Source: Longimicrobiales bacterium
Lineage (GTDB): Bacteria > Gemmatimonadota > Gemmatimonadetes > Longimicrobiales > Gaopeijiaceae
Direction: 5' to 3'
Assembly (NCBI GenBank): GCA_965202985.1
Contig: CBDBCF010000001.1
Coordinates: 1,568,001-1,632,000 of the forward strand
Length of the DNA: 64,000 nucleotides
The first letter of the stretch is position 1, and each line of letters opens with the position of its first letter. The notes beneath the pieces are model-generated. The model did not search any database. It was not told the DNA's origin and was given only the letters and a program-made list of their open reading frames with translations. This document shows, one piece after another, positions 1-9,873 of this stretch. The translations under genes were made by a program, and so were the position numbers.

Positions 1-2027
1 TGGTCCACAACGTCGTAGTCCAGGTCGTAGACGACCCCGGAATCGTCGACCGCGACGGCCCGAAGTTCGTGGCGGCGTTCCGAAGCCGCGCCTTCCGAGC
101 CGACGTCCAAGGGGGCCACCTGGAAGGCGAACGACTCGCTGCCGCCGCCCGGCTTCAGCGAAAACCGCATCGAGTCCGGCTGCGCCCGCCATCCCGACGG
201 GACCTCCAGGCGCAGCGTCCCCGAGCGAGCGCTCGCCGAAGCGTTGGCCACCAAAACCGCAAACTCGCGAGGACCGGGGTCGGAGACGGGCCAGGCCATG
301 GTCTCAGGTTGAACGCGAACCGCCAGCGCCGGGACGACCAAGACCGCCTTCCGGTACTCGCCCGAAGCCTTGTCCACGCCCACGAACTCGGCTTCGCGAC
401 GGACCTCCAGCACCGGGACCGGCGCGAGCGCCGAAGCCTCCGCCTGCCCGCCGGGGGCCTCCACCACCAGCGAAACCGCTGCCGCCACCGGGGCGGGATC
501 GAAGGGCCGCGCCCACCGTTCGCCGTCCTCCGGCCAGACGTACAGGTCGCCCGTCCGCTCCTGCTCCATGAAGTAGGGCACCGACAGCCGAGCCTCCGGC
601 GGGACCGCCACCAGCCAGCGCCAGCTTGCAACCTCGCCGGGCGGCACGCGGCCGTCGTCGGGAGTCTCGGACGGCGCGGGCCGGACGAAGGACAAACGCG
701 GATCGCCCTGGGTCACGGCAGCGGGCGCAGGGGCGACGTCCCAACCTTGCGGGGCCAGCAGGCGCGGCGTCACGTCGCGCAAGGTCCAAGGGCCGCCGTT
801 CCACACGGTCGCCTCGACGACCACCGATTCGCCGGGAACCCACAGGTCGCGGTCGGCGCGCACCTCCACGACGACGCCCGCCGCGGCCAGCGCCGTCTCC
901 GACACCTGCGCCATTCGACGCGTCAGGACGCTGCGAGCGGCTCCGGGCGGGGCGCCCTCGACGACTTCGCCCAAGACCGCCGCGCCCCGCAGCAACGGCG
1001 CCACCACACCGTCGCTGGAAAAGCCGCCCAACGCCTGCCGCGCCCCCGCGACCGCGTCCCGATACGCCCCCAACCGATCCCGCGCTCCGGCCGCCCACGA
1101 CCCCGGCGCCGGGTCCGGCAACTGCCCCGCCAAGGTCGTGTCCACGCCCGCAAAGATGCCGTCGTCGGCGTGGCGGCGGCCGCCGCCCCCTTCCGCCGGC
1201 CGAGACGCCAGCAGCTCCAGCGGACTGTCCCAAGCGCCCATGTACTGGCCCGCGCCCATGTCCTGGGATCGGTGCCGGCTCCGGCTCTCCATGGCCAGTT
1301 GGAAGTGGGAGCGCCCCAAGACGGGGTCGAACTGCCCCGTGGCCACGCGCACCGTCGCGTCGTCCGGCGAAAAGCGCACCGACCGGTACAGCTTTGCGGG
1401 CGCCCACGGCTCCACGCCCTGCGATGCCAGCTCCGGGAAGCGGCTCGGGTCGCCGGCGGCTTCGAACGCCTCCCTGGCGGCCAGTCCGGCGATCTGGTGT
1501 TGGCCGTGCCCGTCCCGGCGCGTTCCCGAGAAGACGGTGACGATCACGTGGGGGCGAAACTGCCGCACCACGAACACCACGTCCCGGACCACTTCGTCCA
1601 TGGGCCAATGGGCCACAGCTTCGTCCAGCGACTTGGAGTACCCGAAGTCGAACGTCCGCGCGAAGAACTGCTCGCCGCCGTCCAGCGCCCGCGCCGCCAG
1701 CAGCTCGCCCGTGCGCACGATCCCCAGCCCTTCGTGAAGCCGCGGCCCGATCAGGTTCTGCCCCCCTTCCCCGCGACTCAGGGACAGATACGCCGTCTCG
1801 GCGCCCGCCCCGCGAGCCAGCGCCGCGAGCAAGCTCGTATCCTCGTCGTCGGGGTGCGCCGCGATCATGAGCACCCGCTTCACGCCGTCGAGCTGCCGAA
1901 GCCGAAGCGCCGTGGCCGCGACTCCGTGCCCCTGCTGGACCGAGGCCGCCATGGCGACGGCGTGCGCCTCGGCGACGGTACCCAGCAACGCCGCTGCCGC
2001 AAGAAAGCCGGCTCTCGCGATCCTCAT
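1..2027 (-). CDS. PIG-L/LmbE family deacetylase, secreted, 3' end outside the window
   Basis: Absent from the ORF track because there is no stop in the window. Read manually from ATG 2027: signal peptide MRIARAGFLAAAALLG, then KRVLMIAAHPDDED, SRGEGGQNLIG, RTGELLAAR, DFGYSKS and GHGQH, the PIG-L zinc-deacetylase motifs. Confidence 0.88.
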   Translation of the reverse strand, partial: MRIARAGFLAAAALLGTVAEAHAVAMAASVQQGHGVAATALRLRQLDGVKRVLMIAAHPDDEDTSLLAALARGAGAETAYLSLSRGEGGQNLIGPRLHEGLGIVRTGELLAARALDGGEQFFARTFDFGYSKSLDEAVAHWPMDEVVRDVVFVVRQFRPHVIVTVFSGTRRDGHGQHQIAGLAAREAFEAAGDPSRFPELASQGVEPWAPAKLYRSVRFSPDDATVRVATGQFDPVLGRSHFQLAMESRSRHRSQDMGAGQYMGAWDSPLELLASRPAEGGGGRRHADDGIFAGVDTTLAGQLPDPAPGSWAAGARDRLGAYRDAVAGARQALGGFSSDGVVAPLLRGAAVLGEVVEGAPPGAARSVLTRRMAQVSETALAAAGVVVEVRADRDLWVPGESVVVEATVWNGGPWTLRDVTPRLLAPQGWDVAPAPAAVTQGDPRLSFVRPAPSETPDDGRVPPGEVASWRWLVAVPPEARLSVPYFMEQERTGDLYVWPEDGERWARPFDPAPVAAAVSLVVEAPGGQAEASALAPVPVLEVRREAEFVGVDKASGEYRKAVLVVPALAVRVQPETMAWPVSDPGPREFAVLVANASASARSGTLRLEVPSGWRAQPDSMRFSLKPGGGSESFAFQVAPLDVGSEGAASERRHELRAVAVDDSGVVYDLDYDVVD

Positions 2028-2227
2028 GCGCTCAGCTCCTGGACCCTGGTGGATGGTGGCTGCGACGGGAGGAAGCGTCGCTTCCCAAGTGGTCCGAGTC
2101 AACGCCCGCTCCGACCGGCGGGAACTTTTTCGGGGTTGCTGGAGTATCCACGTCACAACCCCGAGCGCGGGCTCGCCGCCGACGAGCGGGCCGCGGCGGT
2201 TGGGAACCCAATTCGCAAGGAGCAATC

Positions 2228-2722
2228 ATGAGAGCAGCAACCTCCATCAGAGCGGCCGTCGCCGTGCTGGCGCTGGCCTTCGCGGCCGTCGCCTGCCAGG
2301 ACGACGCCACGCCCACCAAGCTCGTGGACGAGACCCGCGAGACCACCGAGACCACCAGCGTCAACCCGTGGACGGCGATCTTCGCGGCCGTCGAGTCGCG
2401 GGGCGGCCCCGTCCAGATCAGCTTCGCCGGCGGGGACGAGTCGTACCGGCTCCAAGAGCTGGACGGACGGTGGCGGCCCGAGAACGACATCCTGGGGACC
2501 GCGGCCGTCTGCGCGATCGACGACGCGACGAACCGTCGCGAGCTGGACGCCTTCCGGCAGTGCATGTCCCAGATGCTTCGGCAGGACGCCTGCCGGAGCG
2601 GAGGGGTCTTCGTCCTCTACCGGCCGGACGCAGCGCCAAGGGGCTGGCTGGCAGCGTGCCCCGTCGAGCGGGAAGAGGACGACGAACGGGAGGACGAGTC
2701 TCGGGAGAACGACCCGGCCTGA
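2228..2722 (+). CDS. Hypothetical lipoprotein with Cys-containing C-terminal domain and acidic tail
   Basis: AGGAG RBS upstream; hydrophobic signal ending in lipobox AVAC; strong GC3 bias. Confidence 0.8.
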   Translation: MRAATSIRAAVAVLALAFAAVACQDDATPTKLVDETRETTETTSVNPWTAIFAAVESRGGPVQISFAGGDESYRLQELDGRWRPENDILGTAAVCAIDDATNRRELDAFRQCMSQMLRQDACRSGGVFVLYRPDAAPRGWLAACPVEREEDDEREDESRENDPA

Positions 2723-2783
2723 ATGCTGGGCTGGCGACCGGCCAGTGGCTTGTTGTCCGAGTGCTGGCCGGTCGCTGCTCGGG
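2545..2783 (+). repeat. Left copy of an imperfect direct repeat (lipoprotein 3' end plus downstream 21-mer)
   Basis: 2545-2722 aligns without gaps to 11165-11342 (22 mismatches in 178 nt by manual count). GCTGGCCGGTCGCTGCTCGGG occurs at both 2763-2783 and 11345-11365. Confidence 0.92.
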
Positions 2784-2823
2784 GGGGCGTCGTCTCCGGG
2801 ACCTTCTATGGGGCCACGCCTAG

Positions 2824-4352
2824 CAGCCCGTGGATAAACGGGTTTGGCGCGTGCGCGACGGAACTTGGCGGGACACGGGCGTTTACCGGGCTCTCGACGG
2901 CGCGAACGCGCGGAATTCGCGGAATTGGGCTTGAAGCGGCCCCAAGAGGCGCTCGAGCGGCCCGGGAGCGGCCAATGGGCGGCAAAATCGGTGCAAACCG
3001 GAGGATGCGGCGCCCGTCGCGCAGGAATCGAGCACAGCTTGCGCTGCGGCGGGGCGGCCCTGCAGGCCCCGTGGCGTGCCGACGCCGAAGCGTCTTCGCA
3101 TGAGCAGCCCGAGGTTGAAGGCGGCGACGTGGATCAGCATCCGCTTGCGGATGTCCTCGTGGCCGCGAACGTGCACGCGGCGAAGCCCGCCCGTCCCCAG
3201 CAGGTGCGCGAACGAGCGCTCGAGCTTCTCGCCCCGCATCCTCAGCAGCGCCTTGCCGCGCTCACCCCGAATCCGCCGCCGGTTCGCGTAGACCGGCTTC
3301 TGGGCTTCCTTGCTCTGCTTCCAGCTCCGCCGACCGCGCGCGGGCTCGCTCACGTAGCCGCGCAGCCCCCGGTCCTCCAACTCCGTCATCGTCTTGTTCG
3401 AGTGGTAGCCCTTGTCGCACACCACTTCCGCCGCACCAGCACCCAGCTCCGCCAGCCGCCGCTCCGCCTCGTCCAGCGTCTCCGTCAGCGACGCCGCGTC
3501 GCCCCCGTCCGTCGTCTGCACCGTCACGCCCACCACCGCGCCCGACTCCAGGTCCACCGCCTGCTCCAGCTTGTGCCCCAGCCGCGTGCGCCCGTCCTTC
3601 ATCTTCGTGATCCGCGCCTCCGGGTCCCCCGGATGCACCCACTCCGCGTTCGACCCCTTCTTCGGACGCCTCCGGTCCAGCTTCGCCAACTCCGCGCGCG
3701 TCGGCGTCTCGATCCCCGACGCCCGCGCCAGCTCCCGCAGCCACGCCTCGTAGCCCGTGCCCGCGTCCCGACGCACGATCGAGCGCATCGCCGCGTTCGC
3801 CTCCAAAGTCGTCGAGTCCACGCCCAGCGTCCCGCCCCCCAGCAGCCCCGAGTCGTCCACCAGCCGCAGCACGCGCGCGAACACCGCGACGTGCGCCTCC
3901 ACGCTCAGCCGCTTGCGCGTCTTCGACAGGCTCGAATGGTCCGGCGGGTTCCTCGTCAGCTCGTACCCCAGGAACGCCCGCACCGAAAACGAGTCCCTGC
4001 ACCGCCAGGCGATGCCCCGCTCCGACGAGATGCCCTCCAAGTACCCCACCATCAGCGCCCGGAAGTACACACTCGGAGGAACTCCCGGCCGACCCACGTT
4101 GCCCGCGTAGAACTCGGCGCACGCCTCCTCCGCGAACTCGTCGAAGCCGTCCTCCCGCAACAGCTTGTCCAGCGCGCGGTAGAACGGATGCTCGGTCACG
4201 CTGATCTCGCTGGTCGCCACGAACAGCGCCTCCTGGCGCACGCTCGGACGCTTGCCCAACGCCATCGCCGTCCTCCTTCCAGGGAATCGTCGCCTCCCTC
4301 CAATCTAACCCCTATCCCCAACGCCGACCGGAAGGACTTTATCCACGGGCTG
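2824..4352 (-). mobile_element. IS1182-like insertion sequence, copy 1 (1529 bp)
   Basis: Perfect 15-bp terminal IR CAGCCCGTGGATAAA / TTTATCCACGGGCTG, with CTAG on both flanks (2820-2823, 4353-4356). A near-identical copy lies at 57688-59216. Confidence 0.93.
2883..4265 (-). CDS. IS1182/IS5-like DDE transposase (DUF772 + DDE_Tnp_1)
   Basis: HPFY, GRPGVPP, SERGIAWRC, PDHSSLS, VDST, CDKGY and ERSFAH motifs. Confidence 0.9.
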   Translation of the reverse strand: MALGKRPSVRQEALFVATSEISVTEHPFYRALDKLLREDGFDEFAEEACAEFYAGNVGRPGVPPSVYFRALMVGYLEGISSERGIAWRCRDSFSVRAFLGYELTRNPPDHSSLSKTRKRLSVEAHVAVFARVLRLVDDSGLLGGGTLGVDSTTLEANAAMRSIVRRDAGTGYEAWLRELARASGIETPTRAELAKLDRRRPKKGSNAEWVHPGDPEARITKMKDGRTRLGHKLEQAVDLESGAVVGVTVQTTDGGDAASLTETLDEAERRLAELGAGAAEVVCDKGYHSNKTMTELEDRGLRGYVSEPARGRRSWKQSKEAQKPVYANRRRIRGERGKALLRMRGEKLERSFAHLLGTGGLRRVHVRGHEDIRKRMLIHVAAFNLGLLMRRRFGVGTPRGLQGRPAAAQAVLDSCATGAASSGLHRFCRPLAAPGPLERLLGPLQAQFREFRAFAPSRAR

Positions 4353-4414
4353 CTAGGCCAGGTTGGTTCTCATCAGCATGTTCAGTTTCTTGGGCTGTTA
4401 GGGTTGAGCCGACT

Positions 4415-5386
4415 CTACCTGCTGGATGGCGTGGAATCGACGTGTGGCAGCATTTCTCGCCGCCGGGGTAGTCTGGAATGGTTGTTCAAATCCGTACCTG
4501 CCTTAATGATTTTTTGCCACAAGAATTCGCACACGTTGTTGTGGATATTTCGAGACATTGCCATCATTGCAGTTCTGGTTTCTACGTCGCTGAGGCTGGG
4601 GTGTTGGTAACAGTTTCGCAGGTGTCTCGCCGCATCATACCACGACCCCCAATCATACCGTTTCAACATCAATCTGTCCTTGTTCTTCTCTAGCCACAGG
4701 GCTACTTCTTTTGGGATGTTCAAATTGAATTCCTTTGTGTGTTTGCGCATGAGCTTGTGTTGATTGACATTATCGTTTGGCCAATCGCTATCGACAGCGG
4801 CAACGACATGTTGGAATATTCTGAACGCTTCGCTTACGGTCGCGTCATATTCGGGTATGTCTCTCAATCGCATCCAGTCTAACACACTACGCCTAAGGTT
4901 CTTGTGGTTTTGCAAAGCGTTGCAGAAAGCAGGAAAGTACTTCTCTGGATTGTCGGGGTTGCTCATGTACTTTCGGAATCCGTGATCGAGATCACCGACA
5001 TTATCCAGCTTCGGACCGGACGAATCGGCGGAGCGTTTGTATACCGTATTGCTGTGGTCGTAATTCTTGCCGCTAATGCGTTTGCCGCTATGTACAAGTA
5101 ACAATCGTATCGCCACAGGAGTCAATTGGACGGCAGTCAAATACAGTTCAACTCTAGTCACGAACACTTCTGGATCCTGCACCGGACCCGATACGACACC
5201 GTGAGTAACAGCAGGCGATGACATCATTTGGCATATCCACTCCCTATGAATAAGTTCTATGTCTTCAGTTTGTCCTTCGACAACGATGTCGTATTTGGGA
5301 TACCATATGTCAACCTCATGGTGACATGGCGCGTCGTATTTGTCCCAAGAAAAGAGGCCTGGTGAGCGCAACGGTCGCTCTGTCAT
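4415..5386 (-). CDS. Hypothetical protein with C-terminal HEPN-like motif (ApeA/MauJ-like architecture)
   Basis: 323-aa low-GC ORF with LRNCYQH (R-N-x3-H, nt 4601-4618) in a helical C-terminal region. ATGA overlap with the upstream gene. Confidence 0.6.
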   Translation of the reverse strand: MTERPLRSPGLFSWDKYDAPCHHEVDIWYPKYDIVVEGQTEDIELIHREWICQMMSSPAVTHGVVSGPVQDPEVFVTRVELYLTAVQLTPVAIRLLLVHSGKRISGKNYDHSNTVYKRSADSSGPKLDNVGDLDHGFRKYMSNPDNPEKYFPAFCNALQNHKNLRRSVLDWMRLRDIPEYDATVSEAFRIFQHVVAAVDSDWPNDNVNQHKLMRKHTKEFNLNIPKEVALWLEKNKDRLMLKRYDWGSWYDAARHLRNCYQHPSLSDVETRTAMMAMSRNIHNNVCEFLWQKIIKAGTDLNNHSRLPRRREMLPHVDSTPSSR

Positions 5387-6450
5387 CGCTTGATCGACAA
5401 ACGACCGACAGACGGGCCATCGTAGTCGCGGTAGCGTGCGTCGCGCTCGTCGACGACGCGATCGATGCCGTCAACACGGCGGATCATGTCCTTGGCCACC
5501 TCGCCGCGTACGGACGGTACGGAAGCAACGGTCGTAATGTCTACGGGAGAATCAGAACTAGAAGGATCGAGCTTCGGTATATCTAGGTGGGAAATCGCAT
5601 TATGCGACGTGCCGGTGAGCGAACCATAAACTTCGGATGCCAACAATATCACAAGATTAGCTGTGAGGTTTCGCATTGGGCGAAATCCAAGGACTGTCCT
5701 GAAATATTCTTTACGCGAGTTGAATGTGAGCGGTCGGACAAAGAACTCTCCCGATGGCAGCTTCTCGGCGATGAGCTGATGCGGATGTTGTTCGGGATTG
5801 GGCGAGTGTATCCCGATGTTTCTATACCATCTGACGACTTCGGCATTAGTGATCGTTATCGATGCCGGCTGGCGCAATGGTAGTGGAGGCAATGATACAC
5901 CATCGCGTTTGGCCCGGTCGCTCAGATAACGGTGGTAGGACTCCTCTAACGAACGATCCAACATGTGCTTGGTATCGATTTTCAAGAGTTGATGATCCTT
6001 CCAGTCCCAAAGCTTGGTGGTCGTATTCGAAAAAAGATCGCGGTGCGTCATATACAATCTATAGATATCATCATCTTCAAGGATATGGGACACGCCAGGA
6101 ATGGACGAAAACCGTAACGCGCGCGTGTCTGCACTAATATAGTTGAGCGAAGAGGATTTTTCTATTGTTCGGTCTATATTGTTGCCTCTTTTTTTCCAGG
6201 AATCCTTGTCCACGGTGAAACCGAGCCCTATCGTCATGTCGTATGTAGATATGGACCATGGCTTTGGGCAACGAACCTTGCGAATGTCTATCGCGCCTAC
6301 GGACCCTTTACTAAGCAGGGTACAGAGCTTGACGGCCAAAGTACTGGCAAGGCGCAAAACATCGATGTTGAACAACTTGCCCGATGGTTCCGCTTTGGCC
6401 AGACGGAATGCCGCGTCCATTTCGGAAGCGAAATCAGCTTTCGGACCCAT
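5383..6450 (-). CDS. Hypothetical protein with HEPN-like motif
   Basis: 355-aa low-GC ORF with an AGGAG RBS; YRNIGIH (R-N-x3-H, nt 5806-5823) and an N-terminal helix LRLASTLAVKLCTLL. Confidence 0.5.
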   Translation of the reverse strand: MGPKADFASEMDAAFRLAKAEPSGKLFNIDVLRLASTLAVKLCTLLSKGSVGAIDIRKVRCPKPWSISTYDMTIGLGFTVDKDSWKKRGNNIDRTIEKSSSLNYISADTRALRFSSIPGVSHILEDDDIYRLYMTHRDLFSNTTTKLWDWKDHQLLKIDTKHMLDRSLEESYHRYLSDRAKRDGVSLPPLPLRQPASITITNAEVVRWYRNIGIHSPNPEQHPHQLIAEKLPSGEFFVRPLTFNSRKEYFRTVLGFRPMRNLTANLVILLASEVYGSLTGTSHNAISHLDIPKLDPSSSDSPVDITTVASVPSVRGEVAKDMIRRVDGIDRVVDERDARYRDYDGPSVGRLSIKR

Positions 6451-6515
6451 ATGCTGTTCTCCTTGCTGGGTGTTGGTTCTTCACGGATTCTTCCTACAAC
6501 ATTCGGTTCTACGTG

Positions 6516-6818
6516 TTAGTGAGGGTGGTCGAACGGCGTTGGTGGCCCGAGTAGCCATGTCGTCGAGCGAGTCGAACTGCCTGCCGTCGAACTGATGGTA
6601 CGCGATCCACGCGGCAGAACGCGAGCAGGTGTGGCTTCTATGCCTATCGGAGAGTAGAGCATCTTGCCCTTCATGCGCTGTTCTTGCGACATCTTGGTGC
6701 GACGATCGCGCGCCTCCACGGATGCAAGGATGCTCTCGATTTCGGTCAGCAGCTCGGGGCGATGAACCATCATCCATTCCAGGCCGTTCAGATGGGAGTA
6801 TCGCTCGACGATGCGCAC
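6516..6818 (-). pseudogene. Truncated BglII/BstYI-family type II restriction endonuclease (N-terminal ~58 aa only)
   Basis: GTG start just after the MTase stop. VRIVERYSHLNGLEWMMVHRPELLTEIESILASV..TKMSQEQRMKGKMLYSPI matches the N-terminus of this family; similarity ends near 6645, before the catalytic core. Confidence 0.75.
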
Positions 6819-6820
6819 GA

Positions 6821-7699
6821 CTAATGACCTCCTCCGGCCAAGGAGGGATCGTATATCGGTTTGTGCATGGGACGGGTGCGCAGCACGCCCGCATCCAAGT
6901 CGCGAACGCGCCGACGGGCGACCTCGACGTACTCGGCGACCACGTCGCAGCCGAAGGCGGCGCGTCCGTGCTTCCGAGCAGCCACCACCGACGACCCGAC
7001 GCCCATGTAGGGGTCCAGGACAGCGTCGCCCTGCTCGGTCATGGACAAGACCAGCCTCTCCACGAGTTCGACGGGAAACTGGCACGGATGCGTCGTCTTT
7101 TCGACATGGTTGCCCTTTACGTTCGGGATGTCCCAGACGTCCGAGGGGTTCTTTCCCAACGGATTGCCCGACCGCTTTCCCCTGTTCGGTCCCTTGAAGT
7201 ACTTCTTGCCCGGATACTTCGAGGGGACCCGAACCGGATCGACGTTGAAGTAGTAATCGTCCGACTTCGTGAACCACAATATCGTCTCGTATCGTCCAGA
7301 AAACCGCTTTGTGCAGTGCAGTCCGTGGCCGAAGTGCCAGACGATCCGATTGCGCAGCCGCAGCCCATGGGACTTGAACGCATCGTACAGCACAATGTCC
7401 AAGGGGAACACCTCGCGGCCGCGTACGTGATTGCCCACCTGCCAACAGAGCGACCCTCGCGAATCAAGAACCCGCACGCATTCGGCGATCGTCGCCGCTT
7501 GCTCCTCCAAGTAGCGGTCGAGGCTCGTGCGCGTCTCGTACGACTTCCCGATGTTGTAGGGCGGCGAGGTGACAACCAGGTGCATCGACTCGTTGGGCAG
7601 CGCCGCGAGGAAGTCCAAGTTGTCGGCGCACTCGATCTCCATGGCGAGGCTGGGATCCGGGCCGTTTGCGATTTCGGTGCCGAGAAGGAACTGGGTCAA
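6821..7699 (-). CDS. Site-specific DNA methyltransferase, N4-C/N6-A, beta class
   Basis: Motif IV TSPPY precedes motif I DPYMGVGS; also HPCQFP and WHFGHGLH..RFSGRYETILWFTK. Alternative start at ATG 7642. Confidence 0.93.
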   Translation of the reverse strand: MTQFLLGTEIANGPDPSLAMEIECADNLDFLAALPNESMHLVVTSPPYNIGKSYETRTSLDRYLEEQAATIAECVRVLDSRGSLCWQVGNHVRGREVFPLDIVLYDAFKSHGLRLRNRIVWHFGHGLHCTKRFSGRYETILWFTKSDDYYFNVDPVRVPSKYPGKKYFKGPNRGKRSGNPLGKNPSDVWDIPNVKGNHVEKTTHPCQFPVELVERLVLSMTEQGDAVLDPYMGVGSSVVAARKHGRAAFGCDVVAEYVEVARRRVRDLDAGVLRTRPMHKPIYDPSLAGGGH

Positions 7700-8048
7700 C
7701 CGTCTCTCTCCGGGTTGGGACGCCGTGCGACGCCGGGAGCACGCGGGCGAACGCTACCGACGGGCCGGCGGCGAGTCAAGGCAGCCGGGCGGGCGCGGCA
7801 CGGGTTGCGTCGGCCGGCATGGCCTGCGTATGGTGGGTTTGGGGACGCGACATGGCGCTGACGGTGCGATGAGCCGTCGGGCGAAGTGCCCTGATGCGGA
7901 CTCCCAAGCGGAATCCGGCTACTCGTCCACGGAGATGATGCCCATGCGCAGGAGCACTTGGTACAGGTATTGGCGAGCACGGCGGCGTTCGCGGCCGTGC
8001 GTATCCGCGCTCATGACCCTGTGCTTGTTGTCGCCAGCGGCGTGCGCC

Positions 8049-9162
8049 AATCCGGACACTCGACCCGAGGCAGGTCGCAGACCACGAACGTCTTGTAGCC
8101 TCAAGCGTCCAGGTGCCGCCACTCCCGCTCCCGAGCGTCGTATCCCGGACACGGCCGGCCGCACTCGGGACACGTCAAAGGCTCGCCCGAACGCCTCGCC
8201 ACGCGCACCCGCGCCTCCCTCAGCACCGGTCCTTCTCGACCCCCTTCACCTCCCAGCCCGGCCCCAACGCCATCAAGCTCTCTAGAATCTATCTCAAAAA
8301 CATGAGGTGGTTGCCGAGCGCCGTGGAAATGGGTATCTTCGGGCATGATGCACGTGAAGCTGAGCGACGAGCAGTGGGAGCGGATTCGCCACCACTTCCC
8401 GGAGGAGTCCAAGCCGAAGGGAGGACGGGGGCGGCCGATGGTGCCGGCCCGGCGCGTCTTCGAGGCGGTGCTGTGGATTCTGCACACCGGCGCGCAGTGG
8501 AGCTTTCTTCCGCAGTGCTATCCCAACTACAAGACCGTTCACCGGAGATTTCAGGCCTGGGTACGGACGGGCGTGCTCGACTCCGTGCTCGAGGACTTGG
8601 CGGGCGAAGCGAAGCAGCGGGGGCTGTTCGACGGCTCGGAGGCGTACGTCGACGCGTCGTTCGCTCGGGCGAAGGGCGGCGGCGCGGGCGTGGGGAACAC
8701 CAAGGCGGGCAAGGGCGTGAAGATCATGGCGATCGTGGACCGCTGCGGGCTTCCGCTGTCGTTGAGCACGCATGCTGCGAACCCGCACGAGTCGACGCTG
8801 GTGCAGCTGTCGCTGGACTTTGTCGTTCGCGGAGGACGCGCCTGCGAACCTGATCGGCGACAAAGGCGTACGACAGCGATCCTCTGGACGCCGCGTTGCG
8901 GGAGCGGGGCGTGGAGATGATCGCGCCGCACCGGCGCAACCGTCGTCGGCCGCGGACGCAGGACGGTCGTCGGCTGCGCCGTGCGAAGCGCCGATGGATC
9001 GTCGAGCGGTTCTTCGGCTGGATGCAATGGAAGCGCCGTCTTCTGGTCCGGTGGGAGTATCATCCGGAGAACTTCCTGGCGTTCGTCCAGCTGTCCGCGA
9101 TCTGCATGTTCTTCAAGCATCTCGGTTTTTGAGACAGGTTCTACCCACCTCCGCATCTCCAT
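8049..9162 (-). pseudogene. ISL3-family transposase 5' remnant interrupted by IS5
   Basis: Removing 8285-9141 plus one TA rejoins MEMRRWV/ESLMALGPGWEVKGVEKD. After a frameshift it continues ..LTCPECGRPCPGYDAREREWRHLDA*GYKTFVVCDLPRVECP (zf-ISL3 pattern) with an internal TGA and a 3' truncation. Confidence 0.8.
8285..9141 (+). mobile_element. IS5-family element (857 bp), transposase split over three frames
   Basis: IRs GAATCTATCTCAAAAAC / GTTTTTGAGACAGGTTC with a TA duplication (8283-84, 9142-43). Tpase motifs LSDEQWERI, WILHTGAQW..LP, VDAS, LIGDK-AYDSD and RWIVERFFGW; frameshifts near 8825 and 8865. Confidence 0.88.
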
Positions 9163-9309
9163 CCTCGCCTCCTCGGTTCATGGTCCATGTCGCCCCTCAT
9201 CCTACACAGCCCACACCATATGGGGAAGCGCCTCTTTGTGGACCCCGGTTCCTACACGCCGAACAAGTGGACCGTCGCCCGGTTGCGCTGAGAAGAGTTG
9301 GGGTGGCCT

Positions 9310-9873
9310 TTATCGCGTAAGGGATCGCAGAAACTTCTTGAGCGGCTGAAGTGTCGGCGCGTTGTCCAGGTTCCAATGTTTCACGCTGCAGTAATCACGC
9401 CTTTTCTCGCACGTCTCAATGCCGAGAGCGTTGCAGTAGGCATAGACCCTGGCCTTGTCGCCGGGAAGTTGGTAACCACCGCGAAGGCGAAGGCACGCTT
9501 CGTACTCGTCGAAGCAGCTATAGAGGTCCTGGTGCAACTTCACAGCTAGTTCCTCCAACAGCGTCTCGAGACAACCCGCCCGGGTATCATCTGGAAACAA
9601 GAAGTTCTTTTCGACACGAACACCAAGTTCCCCGATGATTGTCGTCAGTTCATTCCGGCATTGCTGACAGTTGGAATTCGCATCCAGGATAACCCCCAGC
9701 CGATTCCCTTCATTACTACTTTGCTTCATCTGTGGTTGCACTTTGTGTAACTTGGAAAGCCCGCCTCCGATCGGCCGAAATTCAATTTCCGTGTCGATGT
9801 TCATATGACTGGCAAGGCATTCGAGAAACCTCTTGTCGCTTTCTCCCTCGACATATACATGCCATGTCGTCAT
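9310..9873 (-). CDS. DUF3226-like TOPRIM-fold protein
   Basis: VYVEGESD, GGG, GVILDAN, GCLETLL and WNLD motifs; ATGA overlap with the ATPase. Confidence 0.75.
   Translation of the reverse strand: MTTWHVYVEGESDKRFLECLASHMNIDTEIEFRPIGGGLSKLHKVQPQMKQSSNEGNRLGVILDANSNCQQCRNELTTIIGELGVRVEKNFLFPDDTRAGCLETLLEELAVKLHQDLYSCFDEYEACLRLRGGYQLPGDKARVYAYCNALGIETCEKRRDYCSVKHWNLDNAPTLQPLKKFLRSLTR

Noticed and set aside
69..2231. 720-aa plus-strand ORF and the many other long Arg/Gly/Pro-rich ORFs in the track
   Set aside because: Shadow ORFs of high-GC coding sequence; the real gene here is the minus-strand PIG-L protein.
7860..8048. Short minus-strand coding-like patch (LYQVLLRMGIISVDE)
   Set aside because: Too short and stop-interrupted to assign to any family.
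8101..8103. In-frame TGA at a Cys-like position of the ISL3 fragment as selenocysteine or recoding
   Set aside because: The gene is also frameshifted, IS-interrupted and truncated, so a nonsense mutation is the simpler explanation.
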